A stretch of DNA of 64,000 bases from assembly GCA_963779755.1 (NCBI GenBank), contig CAVZZO010000001.1, positions 2,144,001 through 2,208,000 of the forward strand. The letters run 5' to 3'. Origin of the DNA: an uncultured Gemmatimonadales bacterium. GTDB taxonomy: Bacteria > Gemmatimonadota > Gemmatimonadetes > Gemmatimonadales > GWC2-71-9. This document shows positions 1 to 12,490 of this stretch, in pieces. A program made the position numbers and the translations under genes. A model generated the notes under the pieces. That model was given only the letters and a program-made list of their open reading frames with translations, was not told the DNA's origin and ran no database searches. The first letter of the stretch is position 1. Every line of letters starts with the position of its first letter.

Positions 1-1392
1 TGCGGGACTCGTGAGGAGTGGTGACGCATGGCGGAGCTGAACGATCTGCTCCGAAACTGGTGTAGGGTAGCGGCCGGAGAAACAGGCGTGGCACCAGGCA
101 TTACCGTTGCCGGCCGCCCGGAGCATGCCCTCGAGCGAGAGATAGCCCAGCGTGTCCACGCCCAGGTAGTCGCGGACCTCGTCCTGGGAATGGGTGGCCG
201 CGATGAGCTCTTCCCGGGTGGGAGTGTCGATCCCGTAGTGGCAGGGGCCGGTGATGGGTGGCGAGGCCAGCCGGAGATGCACCTCGCGCGCCCCGGCGGC
301 GCGGATCATCTGCACCAGCCCCTTGCTGGTGGTGCCGCGCACCAGGCTGTCGTCCACCACCACCACCGACTTGCCGTCGATCACTTCGCGCACCGGATTG
401 AACTTGATCTTCACCTTGGCCACGCGCAGCGCCTGGCTGGGGTGAATGAATGTCCGGCCTACGTAGTGATTGCGGATGAGGCCGTGCTCCAGCTTGATGC
501 CGGATTCTTCGGCGAAGCCCAGGGCCATGGCGTTGGCGCTGTCGGGCACGCTGAAGACCACCTCGGCGTCCGGCGCCGGATGCTCCCGCGCCAGCTCGCG
601 GCCCAGGTCGCGGCGGACCCGGTCCACCGAGCGGCCGAAGACGGTACTGTCGGGACGGGAGAAGTAGACCAGCTCGAAGACGCAGCGGCTTACCGGCCGC
701 GGCTCCAGCCGGCGCAGCTCGGTGACCTCGCCGTCCTCGATGCGCACGAAATCGCCCGGCTCCAGCTCGCGCAGCACCCGCGCGCCCAGCAGGTCGAGGG
801 CGCAGGTCTCGGACGCGACCACGATCCCGGCTCCCAGGCGGCCCATGACCAGCGGCCGGAAGCCGCGGCTGTCCACGGCCGCGTAGATGGTGCGCCCCAC
901 CGAGATCAGCAGGGAATAGGCGCCTTCGGCCTTTTCCAGCGCGTCGCGGATCTGTTCGTCCACCGTCGGCGCCTGGGAGCGGGCGATGAGGTGCACCAGC
1001 ACTTCCGAGTCGGACGAGGAATTGAAGATCGAGCCGCGGGCGACCAGGTCGCGCTTCAGCTCCGGCGCGTTGGTGAGGTTCCCGTTGTGCGCCAGGGTGA
1101 GCGGGCCCTCATGGTAGTTCACCAGGCAGGGCTGGGCGTTGGCCAGCACCGAAGTGCCCGCCGTGGAATAGCGGGTATGACCCACCGCGACGTCGCCCGG
1201 GAGCCGGCTCAGCAGGGTATCGTCGAAGGTGTCCGAGACCAGGCCCATGCCCCGGTGGGTATGGGTCTGCCCCTGCTCGTCGATGCTGACGATCCCGGCG
1301 CTCTCCTGGCCGCGATGCTGCAGCGCATAGAGGCCCAGGTAGGCCAGCCGCGCCGCGTCGGGAATCCCGGAGATGCCGATGATACCGCACAT
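1..1392 (-). CDS. purF: Amidophosphoribosyltransferase (3' end runs off the window)
   Basis: Not in the ORF track because no stop lies inside the window. ATG at 1392 gives MCGIIGISG (Ntn Cys), QHRGQE, VVVDDSLVRGTT PRPP motif and WCHACFSG Fe-S motif; directly downstream of purL. Confidence 0.97.
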   Translation of the reverse strand, partial: MCGIIGISGIPDAARLAYLGLYALQHRGQESAGIVSIDEQGQTHTHRGMGLVSDTFDDTLLSRLPGDVAVGHTRYSTAGTSVLANAQPCLVNYHEGPLTLAHNGNLTNAPELKRDLVARGSIFNSSSDSEVLVHLIARSQAPTVDEQIRDALEKAEGAYSLLISVGRTIYAAVDSRGFRPLVMGRLGAGIVVASETCALDLLGARVLRELEPGDFVRIEDGEVTELRRLEPRPVSRCVFELVYFSRPDSTVFGRSVDRVRRDLGRELAREHPAPDAEVVFSVPDSANAMALGFAEESGIKLEHGLIRNHYVGRTFIHPSQALRVAKVKIKFNPVREVIDGKSVVVVDDSLVRGTTSKGLVQMIRAAGAREVHLRLASPPITGPCHYGIDTPTREELIAATHSQDEVRDYLGVDTLGYLSLEGMLRAAGNGNAWCHACFSGRYPTPVSEQIVQLRHASPLLTSPA

Positions 1393-1395
1393 GAG

Positions 1396-3735
1396 CTATG
1401 CTCCCGCCGCGCCGCTGCTGACCGGTTGCCGCATCCGGCGCGGAATCGCTTCGAAGTAGGCCTCGCGCAACCCATCGACCGGGCGGCGGATTGCCGCACC
1501 CCGGCCGGTGATCTCCACCAGTCCGTGAGGTTGGCCCACGGTACCGGCAACCGCGGCCGGCACCCCGAGCTCCGCCGCCAGCGCGAGGAGCGGTGCGTCC
1601 TGACCGCCCGCACAGGAGATCACGGCGCAGGCGGATGGCTCCCCGAAAAATAACCCCGCAGGGGAGATCTCCGAGCCGTGGCCGGCCCAGGTATCGAGGT
1701 CGACGGCGACGCCGGACCCGGCCCTGCTGTAGGGGCCTCCCATGGCCGATTCTGCCACCGCCAGCGCCATGCCTCCGGCGCTCACATCGTGTGCCGAGCG
1801 CAGCAGTCCGGCTCCCGCGGCCCGGGCCAGAAAGCGTTGCAACGCCGCCTCCGCCTCGAGATTGACCCGCGAGGGCGTGCCGCCGGAGAATTCCCGCACC
1901 ACCGACCAGTAGGCGGAGCCGCCCAGGCCGTGGCTGGTAGCCGGGTCGGTGTTGGGCCGGCCCAGCAGCAGGATCAGGTCGCCCGGCGTCTGAAAATGGG
2001 AGCCGACCCGCCGCTCGATACGGTCCAGCAGGCCGACCATGCCCACCACCGGCGTGGGATCGATCGCCCCGGCGGGGCTCTCGTTGTAGAACGAGACGTT
2101 CCCGCCGGTTACCGGTGTGCCGAACGCTTCGCAGGCATCGGCAATGCCGCGGCAGGCCTCCCGGAACTGGTAGAACACGGCCGGGCGCTCGGGGTTCCCG
2201 AAGTTCAGGCAATCGGTGATCCCCAGGGGCACGGCACCGGTGCAGGCGATGTTGCGCGCCGCCTCGGCCACTGCCGCCTTGCCTCCCTCGTAGGGATCGA
2301 GCGCCACCAGCCGGGGGTTACAGTCGACCGTCACCGCCAGCCCCAGCGCGGTATCGCCCACGCGCAGGACGCCGGCGTCGCCGCCCGGCGCGATCCCGGT
2401 GGCGCCCTGCACGGTGGAGTCGTACTGCTCGTAGACCCAGCGCTTGGAGGCCAGGGAAGGATCGGCCAGCAACAGGTCCAGCGCGCCGGCCATGTCCGGC
2501 GACGCGCCCGAGGGCGGCGCCGCCTCCCTTCGCCGCGCCGCCGCGGGATCTTCGCGGGCGTCGGGGTGGTACACCGGGCAGTCCTCCACCAGCCGCTGAC
2601 CCGGGATCTCGGCCACCACCGTTCCGCCGTGGACTACCCGGAACAGCCCGTCATTGGTGACGTGCCCCACCTGGGCCGCTTCCAGCTCCCACTTGCGGCA
2701 GATCTCCTGCACTCGCGCGATATTCTCCGGGCGGCAGACCACCAGCATCCTCTCCTGCGATTCCGAGAGCAGGATCTCGTACGGCGTCATGTCCGGCTCG
2801 CGGACCGGCACCCGATCGGTATGCAGTTCGACCCCCACCCCGCCGCGCGCGGCCATCTCGGCCGAGGAACTGGTCAGGCCGGCGGCGCCCATGTCCTGAA
2901 TGGCGACGATGGATCGGGAGGCGATGAGCTCGAGCGTGGCCTCGAGCAGGAGCTTCTCGGTGAACGGGTCGCCCACCTGCACCTGGGGCCGGCGCGCCTC
3001 GCTCTTCTCCGACAGCTCTTCGGAGGCGAAACTGGCCCCGTGGATGCCGTCGCGGCCGGTGCGGGCGCCGACCGCCAGGAGCACGTTGCCCACGCCGGTG
3101 GCCGCGGCGCGGATCAGGTCTTCCTCCCGCAGCAGTCCCACGCACATGGCGTTGACCAGGGGATTGCCGTTGTAGCCGGGAGCGAATTCGACCTCGCCTC
3201 CCAGCGTGGGCACCCCCACGCAGTTGCCGTAGTCGCCGACGCCCTTCACCACGCCGGCGAAGAGATACCGGTTGCGGGGCAGGTTGAGCGGCCCGAACCG
3301 CAGGCTGTTGAGCACGGCAACCGGGCGCGCGCCCATGGTGAAGACATCGCGCAGGATGCCGCCCACCCCGGTGGCGGCGCCCTGGTAGGGTTCCACCGCG
3401 CTGGGATGGTTGTGCGACTCGATCTTGAAGGCCACGGCCCAGCCGTCACCCAGCCGCAGCACCCCCGCATTCTCGCCCGGGCCCTGGATCACCCGGTCGC
3501 CGGTGGTGGGGAAGGTCCGCAGCACCGGCCGGCTGTGCTTGTAGGAACAGTGCTCCGACCAGAGCGCGGAGAAGATCCCCAGCTCGGTCAGGGTGGGCTC
3601 GCGACCCAGCAGTTCCTGGATGCGTTGGTACTCCAACGCATTCAGGTGGTGCTCCCGGACCAGCTCCGGTGTCACCGCGGGCTCGCCCGGCAGGGCGAAT
3701 GCGGCGGTGCGCTGGGAGGTAGGAGCCCGGGTCAC
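1396..3735 (-). CDS. purL: Phosphoribosylformylglycinamidine synthase subunit PurL
   Basis: [39 protein letters not shown] motifs. GTG start at 3735 overlaps the upstream stop (GTGA). Confidence 0.97.
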   Translation of the reverse strand: MTRAPTSQRTAAFALPGEPAVTPELVREHHLNALEYQRIQELLGREPTLTELGIFSALWSEHCSYKHSRPVLRTFPTTGDRVIQGPGENAGVLRLGDGWAVAFKIESHNHPSAVEPYQGAATGVGGILRDVFTMGARPVAVLNSLRFGPLNLPRNRYLFAGVVKGVGDYGNCVGVPTLGGEVEFAPGYNGNPLVNAMCVGLLREEDLIRAAATGVGNVLLAVGARTGRDGIHGASFASEELSEKSEARRPQVQVGDPFTEKLLLEATLELIASRSIVAIQDMGAAGLTSSSAEMAARGGVGVELHTDRVPVREPDMTPYEILLSESQERMLVVCRPENIARVQEICRKWELEAAQVGHVTNDGLFRVVHGGTVVAEIPGQRLVEDCPVYHPDAREDPAAARRREAAPPSGASPDMAGALDLLLADPSLASKRWVYEQYDSTVQGATGIAPGGDAGVLRVGDTALGLAVTVDCNPRLVALDPYEGGKAAVAEAARNIACTGAVPLGITDCLNFGNPERPAVFYQFREACRGIADACEAFGTPVTGGNVSFYNESPAGAIDPTPVVGMVGLLDRIERRVGSHFQTPGDLILLLGRPNTDPATSHGLGGSAYWSVVREFSGGTPSRVNLEAEAALQRFLARAAGAGLLRSAHDVSAGGMALAVAESAMGGPYSRAGSGVAVDLDTWAGHGSEISPAGLFFGEPSACAVISCAGGQDAPLLALAAELGVPAAVAGTVGQPHGLVEITGRGAAIRRPVDGLREAYFEAIPRRMRQPVSSGAAGA

Positions 3736-4055
3736 GACCGGCCGCGGAAGCCGGTCAGCAGATCCCGCACGATACGGCCCAGCGCTCCATGGTCTTCGTG
3801 CTGCATCAGGGCGTCGATCTCCCCCGCGTCCAGCCAGAGGCCGCCGCATTCGCCGCAGCGGTCGATCTGCACTCCGTGCATGTCCTCGGGCGTGAGGTCG
3901 GCGCCGCACTTGGGGCACTTCATATGATGGCTCTTCCGCTCCGCCGCCCGCTGCTCGGAGGCCAGGGCCGCTTTCTTCTTTTCCAGCAGCTCGCGGTTGG
4001 CCTTGGCGAAGTATTCGTCTTCGTTGCGGCTGGGCTTGTCGGTTGGATCGGGCAT
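3732..4055 (-). CDS. Small zf-TFIIB-type zinc-ribbon protein with N-terminal charged helix
   Basis: CPKC...[16 protein letters not shown] motif; stop overlaps the purL start. Confidence 0.88.
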   Translation of the reverse strand: MPDPTDKPSRNEDEYFAKANRELLEKKKAALASEQRAAERKSHHMKCPKCGADLTPEDMHGVQIDRCGECGGLWLDAGEIDALMQHEDHGALGRIVRDLLTGFRGRS

Positions 4056-4085
4056 GGGATCGTTGGTTGGGAGTCGCTGGACAGA

Positions 4086-4110
4086 AGTCGTTAGTCGTTA
4101 GTCGCTAGTC
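4086..4110. repeat. Short 7-bp tandem repeat (AGTCGTT)~3.5
   Basis: agtcgtt agtcgtt agtcgct agtc. Confidence 0.8.
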
Positions 4111-4129
4111 ATCAGCAAAGGTCTTACAT

Positions 4130-4244
4130 TGCCGTCCTGCCGTCCTGCCGTCCTGCCGTCCTGCCGTCCTGCCGTCCTGCCGTCCTGCCGTCCTGCCGTC
4201 CTGCCGTCCTGCCGTCCTGCCGTCCTGCCGTCCTGCCGTCCTGC
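4130..4244. repeat. Perfect 8-bp tandem repeat (TGCCGTCC)x14 plus TGC
   Basis: 115 bp of uninterrupted tgccgtcc units between purQ and the zinc-ribbon gene. Confidence 0.98.
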
Positions 4245-4302
4245 GACCGAGCGGCCTCCAATAGAAAGCCGCGAGGAAGTCCTTTAGGGCCGCCCTGCCG
4301 CC

Positions 4303-5055
4303 CTACAGCCCCGCTTGTCCGGACGTCGCCGTCCTCCGCGGCTCCGGCGCGCTGCCGCCGTGCCCCGCGATCCAGCGGGCCGGACTCTGGAAGAACCCCA
4401 GACCGTCCGTGGGCCCCAGCAGGGGATCGGTAGCCCGGTCGGGGTGGGGCATCAGGCCCACCACGTTGCCGGCCTCGTTGGTGATACCCGCGATGTCGTG
4501 CAACGAGCCGTTCGGGTTGGCGCCGGGATCGCGACCGCCGTCGGGCACCAGGTACCGCACCACCACACGCCGGTCGGCTTCCAGGGCGTCGAGCACCGGC
4601 TGGTCGGCCACGTAGCGGCCCTCGCCGTGCGCCACCGGGAGCCGGATAGTGCTGCCCGGTTCGTACTCGCCGGTGAAGGCGGTGCCGGTCTGCTCCACCC
4701 GCAGGTCCACCGGCCGGGAGGCGAAGGTCAGGCGGCCGTTCCGCATCAGCGCTCCCGGGAGCAGCCCCGCCTCACAGAGGATCTGGAAGCCGTTACAGAT
4801 CCCCAGCACCGGGCCGCCGCCCCGGGCGAACCGGGTCACCGCCTGCATGATGGGACTGAACCGCGCGATCGCGCCCGCCCGCAGATAATCGCCATAGCTG
4901 AAGCCGCCGGGGAGCACCACCACGTCGGCGTTCTGGAGGGCGGTGTCGCGGTGCCAGACGTAGTACGCCTCGGCCCCCGCCCGCCGGGCGCTGTTCAGAC
5001 TGTCGAAATCGCAGTTGCTGCCGGGGAACCGGACCACCGCCACGCGCAGCGTCAT
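4303..5055 (-). CDS. purQ: FGAM synthase glutaminase subunit PurQ
   Basis: VVRFPGSNCD, PGGFSYGDYLRAG, GICNGFQ, MPHPDR; ATG at 5055 overlaps the purS stop. Confidence 0.97.
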   Translation of the reverse strand: MTLRVAVVRFPGSNCDFDSLNSARRAGAEAYYVWHRDTALQNADVVVLPGGFSYGDYLRAGAIARFSPIMQAVTRFARGGGPVLGICNGFQILCEAGLLPGALMRNGRLTFASRPVDLRVEQTGTAFTGEYEPGSTIRLPVAHGEGRYVADQPVLDALEADRRVVVRYLVPDGGRDPGANPNGSLHDIAGITNEAGNVVGLMPHPDRATDPLLGPTDGLGFFQSPARWIAGHGGSAPEPRRTATSGQAGL

Positions 5056-5303
5056 CGGGTCTCGACCGCGATCTCGTAGTCTTCGGTGACCGGGTTGGCC
5101 AGGAGCTTGTCGCACATGCGGCGGGCGGCCGCTTCCGCTTCGGCCGGGCTGGGGGCGTCGATGTCCAGTTCGATGGCTTTGCCCATGCGCACCTGCCGCG
5201 CCTCGCCAAAACCGAGGGAGGCGAGCGCGTGCTGCACGGCCTGGCCCTGAGGGTCGAGCAGGCCGGCACGGGGCACGACCCGGATGTGCGTTCGATAGCT
5301 CAT
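5052..5303 (-). CDS. purS: FGAM synthase subunit PurS
   Basis: LLDPQGQAV...RMGK...LLANPVTEDY, 83 aa. Confidence 0.96.
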   Translation of the reverse strand: MSYRTHIRVVPRAGLLDPQGQAVQHALASLGFGEARQVRMGKAIELDIDAPSPAEAEAAARRMCDKLLANPVTEDYEIAVETR

Positions 5304-6172
5304 AGCATGTCCTTGCTGCGCGGATAGGGGGAAGCGGGCGCGTCCAGCCCCGGGTCGTCATAACCGGGATCGCCGAGGTCGGTGCCCTCGTCGTCGTCCA
5401 CATCGTCGTCGGCGCCGCCCCGCTCCTGAAGGCCCAGCACGGTGGCGCGCAGCACGCCGAACGCCATGTAGGTCAGGCCCAGCGGGAAGAGCACGTACTC
5501 CGGTACGGTCAACCCGGCGGCCAGCAGCGCCAGGATGAAGAGTGTGCCGGCGACGGCCCGGATGCTCCGGATGCCGATCCCCGGGAATTTGGGGTAGCGG
5601 ACGTTGCTCACCATCAGCACCGACAGCAGCAGCAGCAGCAGCACCAGACCATCGTGCTGCAGGTTGAGATAGGCCAGCGAAGCCTGGTACCACTCGGTGC
5701 GACTGAAGGGGTAGTAGACGGCGAGCGTCATCCCCGCCGCCGGCGACGGCAGCCCGGTGAACCAGCTGGTGGGGGGCTGGCCGTGCGAGGTGATGTTGTA
5801 GCGGGCAAGCCGGACGGCGACGGCCACCACGTAGATCCAGCAGAGCACCCAGGCGAAGCGGCCGGCCTGGGAGAACTCCAGGAAATACATGATCATGGCG
5901 GGCGCCACGCCGAAGGAGATGATGTCCACCAGCGAGTCGAGCTCGGCCCCGAAGCGGGTGCCGGCCTTGGACATGCGAGCGAGCCGCCCGTCCAGCATGT
6001 CCAGCACGCCGGCGAACACCACGAACCAGGCGGCCCAGGTGAAGTTTCCCTGGAAGGCCGAGACCATGGCCCAGAAGCCGAAGAACAGATTGCCCAGCGT
6101 GAAGGCGCTCGGCATCACGATCACCACGCCACGGAGGCGGGGGCGGCGGAACCGGCGCGGCCTTACGCCCAT
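5300..6172 (-). CDS. pssA: CDP-diacylglycerol--serine O-phosphatidyltransferase
   Basis: PSAFTLGNL, DMLDGRLAR...FGAELDSLVD CDP-alcohol phosphotransferase motif, FTGLPSP; adjacent to psd. Confidence 0.93.
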   Translation of the reverse strand: MGVRPRRFRRPRLRGVVIVMPSAFTLGNLFFGFWAMVSAFQGNFTWAAWFVVFAGVLDMLDGRLARMSKAGTRFGAELDSLVDIISFGVAPAMIMYFLEFSQAGRFAWVLCWIYVVAVAVRLARYNITSHGQPPTSWFTGLPSPAAGMTLAVYYPFSRTEWYQASLAYLNLQHDGLVLLLLLLSVLMVSNVRYPKFPGIGIRSIRAVAGTLFILALLAAGLTVPEYVLFPLGLTYMAFGVLRATVLGLQERGGADDDVDDDEGTDLGDPGYDDPGLDAPASPYPRSKDML

Positions 6173-6792
6173 TCCGCCACCACCGTGACGCCCGCCCGGG
6201 TCCGGTAGCCGACCTGGACCAGGACCTTCGCATCGCGTGGGAGGAACAGATCCACCCGTGAGCCGAACCGGATCATGCCCATCCGTTCCCCCTGCCGGAC
6301 GTCGGTGCCCTCGTCGTGGTCGGTGACGATCCGGCGCGCTACCAGGCCGGCGATCTGCCGCACCAGCACCCGGCCGTGGGAGGTGTCCAGGCCGACCGAC
6401 GACTGCTCGTTCTCCAGGCTGGCCTTCTCTGCCGCGGCATTGATGAACTTGCCGGCGTTGTACCGGCGCCAGATCACCCGGCCGCTCACCGGATAGCGGT
6501 TGACGTGGCAGTCGAAGACGTTCATGAAGATGGAGATGCGCAGCGCGGTGCTCTGGAAGAAGTCGGGCTCGTCCACCTCCAGCACGCTCACCACCTTGCC
6601 GTCCGCCGGCGCAATCACATAGGGCTCGCCTCGCGGGCCCAGGCGCGCCGGGTCGCGGAAGAACGCCACCACCCACACCGCGAACGGCAGCCAGAGCAGG
6701 GCCCAGATCCAGAGCCCCAGTGTCAGCAGAAGGAGCTCGATCGCCCAGGCGACAACAATGAACCACCGGCCCTCGGGGGCGATGCGGATCAC
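6163..6792 (-). CDS. psd: Phosphatidylserine decarboxylase proenzyme
   Basis: [32 protein letters not shown] (Gly-Ser pyruvoyl cleavage site). Confidence 0.95.
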   Translation of the reverse strand: MIRIAPEGRWFIVVAWAIELLLLTLGLWIWALLWLPFAVWVVAFFRDPARLGPRGEPYVIAPADGKVVSVLEVDEPDFFQSTALRISIFMNVFDCHVNRYPVSGRVIWRRYNAGKFINAAAEKASLENEQSSVGLDTSHGRVLVRQIAGLVARRIVTDHDEGTDVRQGERMGMIRFGSRVDLFLPRDAKVLVQVGYRTRAGVTVVAEWA

Positions 6793-7709
6793 GCATCCTC
6801 CGGCAGATCGGCTCCGGTGAGCCGGCGGTACGCTTCGAGGTACCGGCGGCTGGTGGCGTCCACGACTTCCTCCGGCAACGGCGGCGGCGGCGCGTCGCCG
6901 TTCCAGCGGCCTTCCTTCCTGAGCCCCGCCAGGTAATCCCGCAAGGGCTGCTTGTCGAAACTCGGCTGCCCCCGGCCCGGCTGATATTGATCCGCCGGCC
7001 AGAAGCGGGAGGAATCGGGGGTCAGGACCTCGTCGATCAGGCGCAGCTCGCCGTCGGGATCGAACCCGAATTCGAATTTGGTGTCGGCGATGATGATGCC
7101 GCGGGTGGCGGCGTAGTCGCGGCCCGCGGTATAGATGCGGAAGCTCGCGTCGCGCAGCCGGGTTGCCGTGTCCTGGCCCAGCGCCTCGGCCACCGCGCCG
7201 AAGGTCACATTTTCGTCATGCCCCGAGGTGGCCTTGGTGGCCGGGGAGAAGATGGGCGGGTTAAGCCGCGCGCTCTCGGTCAGCCCCTGGGGCAGCGGCT
7301 CGCCGGCCAGCGTCCCCTGCTTGCGGTATTCGGCCCAGGCCGAGCCGGAGAGATAGCCCCGCACCACGCATTCGAAGGCCACCGGCTCGGTCCGCCGGAC
7401 CAGCATGCTGCGCCGGGCTACCTGGGCGCGATAGGCCCGCAGGGCGGGGAAGCGGTTGAGGATTTCGCTGGTATCCGCCGTGATGAAATGCGAGGGCAAC
7501 ACGTCGGCCAGCCGGTGGAACCAGAAGGCGCTGATCTGGGTCAGCACGGCGCCCTTGGCGGGTATGGCCTCGGCCATCACCACGTCGAATGCGCTCACGC
7601 GGTCGCTCGCCACCAGCAGCAAATGGCGGTCGTCGACCTCATAGACTTCGCGCACCTTGCCGCGGCGCAGGAGTGGGAAGGGCAGGTCGCTCCGGGTCAG
7701 GACGGTCAT
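6789..7709 (-). CDS. purC: SAICAR synthetase
   Basis: [48 protein letters not shown]. Confidence 0.97.
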   Translation of the reverse strand: MTVLTRSDLPFPLLRRGKVREVYEVDDRHLLLVASDRVSAFDVVMAEAIPAKGAVLTQISAFWFHRLADVLPSHFITADTSEILNRFPALRAYRAQVARRSMLVRRTEPVAFECVVRGYLSGSAWAEYRKQGTLAGEPLPQGLTESARLNPPIFSPATKATSGHDENVTFGAVAEALGQDTATRLRDASFRIYTAGRDYAATRGIIIADTKFEFGFDPDGELRLIDEVLTPDSSRFWPADQYQPGRGQPSFDKQPLRDYLAGLRKEGRWNGDAPPPPLPEEVVDATSRRYLEAYRRLTGADLPEDA

Positions 7710-9141
7710 ACGGCTAGCTCCGCGGTATCCACCGCCGTGGCGAGCGGTCGTGCCCGCTCCAGCAGGGGATGCAGGAAGTCGTGGAGGAATTCGCCCACCT
7801 GCCGCTCGGCGCGGCCGGTGTAGCGGACGGGATTGAGCTCACGGCGCAACTGGTCGCCCGGCACGCCGGCGAAGGCCGGGTCGGCGGCCAACCGCACCAG
7901 CAGGTCGTTGGCGGCGCCCCGGCGCACGGCTTCCGCCGCGGCCATGCTGTGGCGCCGGATGACCTCATGCAACGCCTGCCGGTCGCCGCCGGCGGCGACC
8001 CCCAGCAGGAGCCAGCGCTCCGTGGCCATGAACGGCATCTGGGCCTCGACGTTGCGCCGGATTACCTCGTCGCGGACTTCGAGGCCGGCCGCGACGTTGG
8101 CGGCGAGCACCAGGATGGCATCACCGGCCAGGAAACTCTCGGGCAGCGTGAGCCGGCGGTTGGCGCTGTCGTCCAGGGTGCGCTCCAGCCACTGGGTTGC
8201 GGCTGTCTGGGCCGCATTGGCCTGCAGCGACATGACGAACCGCGCCAGCGCGCTCATCCGCTCGGCCCGCATCGGGTTGCGCTTGTAGGCCATGGCGCTG
8301 GACCCGATCTGTTCCGCCTCGAAGGGCTCCAGCAGCTCGCCCTCGTGCTGCAGCAGCCGCAGGTCGTTCGCCATCTTGGCCGCCGATTGCGCCACGCCGC
8401 TCAGCACGTCCAGCACATGACTGTCGGTCTTGCGGGGATAGGTCTGCCCGGTCACGGCGAAGGGCTGCACGAAGCCCAGGCGGGCCGTGACCCGGCGATC
8501 CAGCTCGCGCACGCGGTCGTGATCACCGCCGAAGAGCTCGAGGAACGAGGCCTGTGTCCCGGTGGTGCCCTTGCAGCCGCGGAACCGAAGATGGGTGAGC
8601 AGGTGGCAGAGCGCTTCGACGTCGAGCGCGAAATCCTGCATCCACAGCGTGGCCCGCTTCCCCACGGTGGTGAGTTGCGCCGGCTGGAAGTGGGTGTAGG
8701 CCAGGCAGGGAGTGCCGGCGGTACGGACCGCGAAGGTCTCCAGCGCCGACAGCACCGCCAGCACGCGGCCCAGCACCAGCCGGAGCGCGTCGCGGATCAG
8801 GACCAGGTCGGCGTTGTCGCCCACGAAGGCGCTGGTGGCGCCCAGGTGCAGGTAGGGCCGCGCGCTCGGCGCCTGATCGCCCAGGGCGTGGATGTGGGCC
8901 ATGACGTCGTGGCGGAAGCGCCGCTCGTACCGGGCGGCCGCCGCGAGATCGGCGTCGTCCAGGTGCAGCCGCAGCTCGGCCAGGGCGGCATCGGGAATCT
9001 CCAGGCCCAGCTCCTGCTCCGCCTCGGCCAGCGCCAGCCAGAGGCGGCGCCAGATGGCGACCCGGTGGGCGTCGCTCCAGAGCCGCTGCATGGCGGGCGA
9101 GGCATAGCGGCTGCCCAGCGGCGACTGATAACGGTCGTCGG

Positions 9142-9145
<4 letters not shown>
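7706..9145 (-). CDS. purB: Adenylosuccinate lyase
   Basis: [31 protein letters not shown] signature. Confidence 0.97.
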
Positions 9146-10544
<1,399 letters not shown>

Positions 10545-10548
<4 letters not shown>

Positions 10549-11324
10549 GCGTCCTCCGAACAGGCGACGTACCATCGATCCGGATACTCCGCGGCGAGGA
10601 AGAAGAGTCCCTGGGGCGGTGCCGGCGGACTGGAGCCGGCGTTGTCGCCACTGGCCAGTACGGTGCGCATGTCGTCCGGCGGACGGCGGCCCAGGCCGAT
10701 ATCGGTCATGGTCCCGACCAGCATGCGCACCATGTGGTGGAGAAAGCGGTCGGCTTCCACCTCGTACCGGGCGCCCGTTCCCCCGGCACGGGCCTCCCAG
10801 GCCGAATGCCGCACCCGGCAGCGGTAATGCGGGCGCGGGCTCCGCACGCTGAAGGGCCGGAAGTCGTGTTCGCCCGGGAGCACCGCCGCCGCCGCCCGCA
10901 TGGCCGCCAGGTCCAGCGGGCGGGCCAAGGCCCATTCCCAGGGCCGCCGGAATGGCGAGCGGCAGGCCGGATCGGTGCCGATCTCGTAGCGGTAGCGTCG
11001 CGCCGTAGCGTGCTTCCGCGCGTGAAACCCCGGGAGCATCTCGTGCACCTGGGCGGCCCAGCAGTCGCCGGGGAGCAGCGCGTTCAGCGCCCGGTGCAGC
11101 TCCGGCACCGTCCAGCGCTCCGGCAGGGCGAAACTCACCGGCAGCCCCAGGGCATGGACCCCGGCATCGGTGCGTCCGGCGGCATGGGCCACCACGCGGC
11201 GCCCCACCAGGCGGGCCAGCACGTTCTCCATTTCCGACTGCACCGAGCGGCCGGCCGGCTGCCGCTGCCAGCCGACAAAGCGGCCCCCGTCGTAGTGGAG
11301 CAGGGCGAGAAACGTCCGGCTCAT
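10545..11324 (-). CDS. truA: tRNA pseudouridine(38-40) synthase
   Basis: YDGGRFVGWQRQ, AGRTDAGVHA, FLHHMVR, APPQGL. Confidence 0.96.
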
Positions 11325-11372
11325 CGGCGCGAAATCTAGTCCCCCGGCAACCCTTAAAGAAGGACTGAGACG

Positions 11373-11417
11373 AAAGGACTGAGAGAAAAGTGGACCCACC
11401 TTTCCTCTCAGTCCTTT
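11373..11417. terminator. Long inverted repeat / REP-like hairpin downstream of lexA
   Basis: aaaggactgagagaaaag-N9-ctttcctctcagtccttt (18-bp arms, one mismatch); an extra aaggactgaga copy sits at 11360. Confidence 0.7.
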
Positions 11418-11463
11418 TTGTCTTTTCTCCGGCCGGGAACTGCCAGGATTGTCGCCAGGACCG

Positions 11464-12072
11464 TCAGTACTTGCGGATGACTCCGACCACCACGCCCTGG
11501 ATGAGGACGTCCTGCTCCTGGAAGCGCATGGGCTGCATGGCGGTGTTGGCCGGCTGCAGACGGATCCATCCGCCGGTTTCGCGGTAGAACTTCTTGACGG
11601 TGGCTTCGCTGCCATTCACCAGGGCAATGACCATCTCGCCGTTCTCGGCGCTCTGGCGGCCGTTCACCACAACGAAGTCGCCATCCTGGATGTGCTCGTC
11701 GATCATGGATGAGCCCCGGACTTTGAGCGCGTAGTTGGGCCCCCGGCGCGGGAGCAGCTCGTCGGGCACCGGGAGGGTTTCGTCGTGCATGAGCGACTCG
11801 ATAGGCATACCCGCCGCTACGGTGCCCAGCAGCGGGATTTCGGTGGCCCCCGCCTGGCCGCGCGGCGGCAGCAGCTGAATGGCCCGGCTCTCGTTGTGGG
11901 TGCGGTGGATGTAGCCCTTGCGCTCGAGATTGGTCAGGTGCTCGTGCACCGTGGCCAGCGACTGAAAGCTGAAATGTTCGGCGATTTCCTCGAAGCTGGG
12001 CGCGTACTGGTGCCGGGCAATGTACTCGCGCAGGTAGGTGAGGATTTCGCTCTGGCGCCGGGTCAGGGGCAT
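11464..12072 (-). CDS. lexA: SOS repressor LexA
   Basis: LTRRQ..IL, PSFEEI wHTH; VAAG cleavage site, GSSM catalytic Ser, ATVKK catalytic Lys. Confidence 0.97.
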   Translation of the reverse strand: MPLTRRQSEILTYLREYIARHQYAPSFEEIAEHFSFQSLATVHEHLTNLERKGYIHRTHNESRAIQLLPPRGQAGATEIPLLGTVAAGMPIESLMHDETLPVPDELLPRRGPNYALKVRGSSMIDEHIQDGDFVVVNGRQSAENGEMVIALVNGSEATVKKFYRETGGWIRLQPANTAMQPMRFQEQDVLIQGVVVGVIRKY

Positions 12073-12092
12073 GATGGCATCTCCGCGTTTGG

Positions 12093-12139
12093 CCGAATAG
12101 ACCCCGAATCAACATACCCGAATGCCTCCCGAAGAGCAA
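12093..12139 (-). promoter_or_regulatory. lexA sigma70-type promoter overlapped by two TTCGG-N6-TTCGG direct repeats (candidate LexA operators)
   Basis: Minus strand TTGCTC (12139-12134) -17 bp- TATGTT (12116-12111); CCGAA on + strand at 12093, 12104, 12118, 12129. Confidence 0.7.
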
Positions 12140-12193
12140 GGCTGTCGGGCCGCCGGGCCGGAAGCCAGAGGGTGGCCGATCCGGTGGATGATA

Positions 12194-12221
12194 TTGCGCA
12201 TGCGGGGCTCCGGGGTAGAAT
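12194..12221 (+). promoter_or_regulatory. Possible sigma70 promoter for the HEAT/HD-GYP/MCP operon
   Basis: TTGCGC-N16-TAGAAT, about 270 nt upstream of the 12491 start. Confidence 0.35.
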
Positions 12222-12490
12222 CGAGGCAGGGTCGCCACACCCTGTGCGGCCATTGGGGCTTTCCCGTTACGTTGTAAGGGCAAACCCGAACGGCAGGCGC
12301 TGGGCCGGCCCCCACGTCCAACTTCTCGATCGATCACGGAGCGATTCGTTCTGCGTGCTCTGGTGTGCGGCAGCATCAGGTGTGTCCGGCCGGCCGGCGG
12401 CTCCGCGAGCTGCCGGGGGGTTTCCGCCGCCGGGCGGTCGGAAGACGGGGCCGTGATGCTGATCGAGTGGAGCGGACCGGAGGTGCCGAG

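Noticed and set aside
12275..12320. GGCAAACC resembling a c-di-GMP-I riboswitch upstream of the HD-GYP operon
   Set aside because: The following GNRA hairpin and GACGCAAAGC segment are missing; an Infernal search would settle it.
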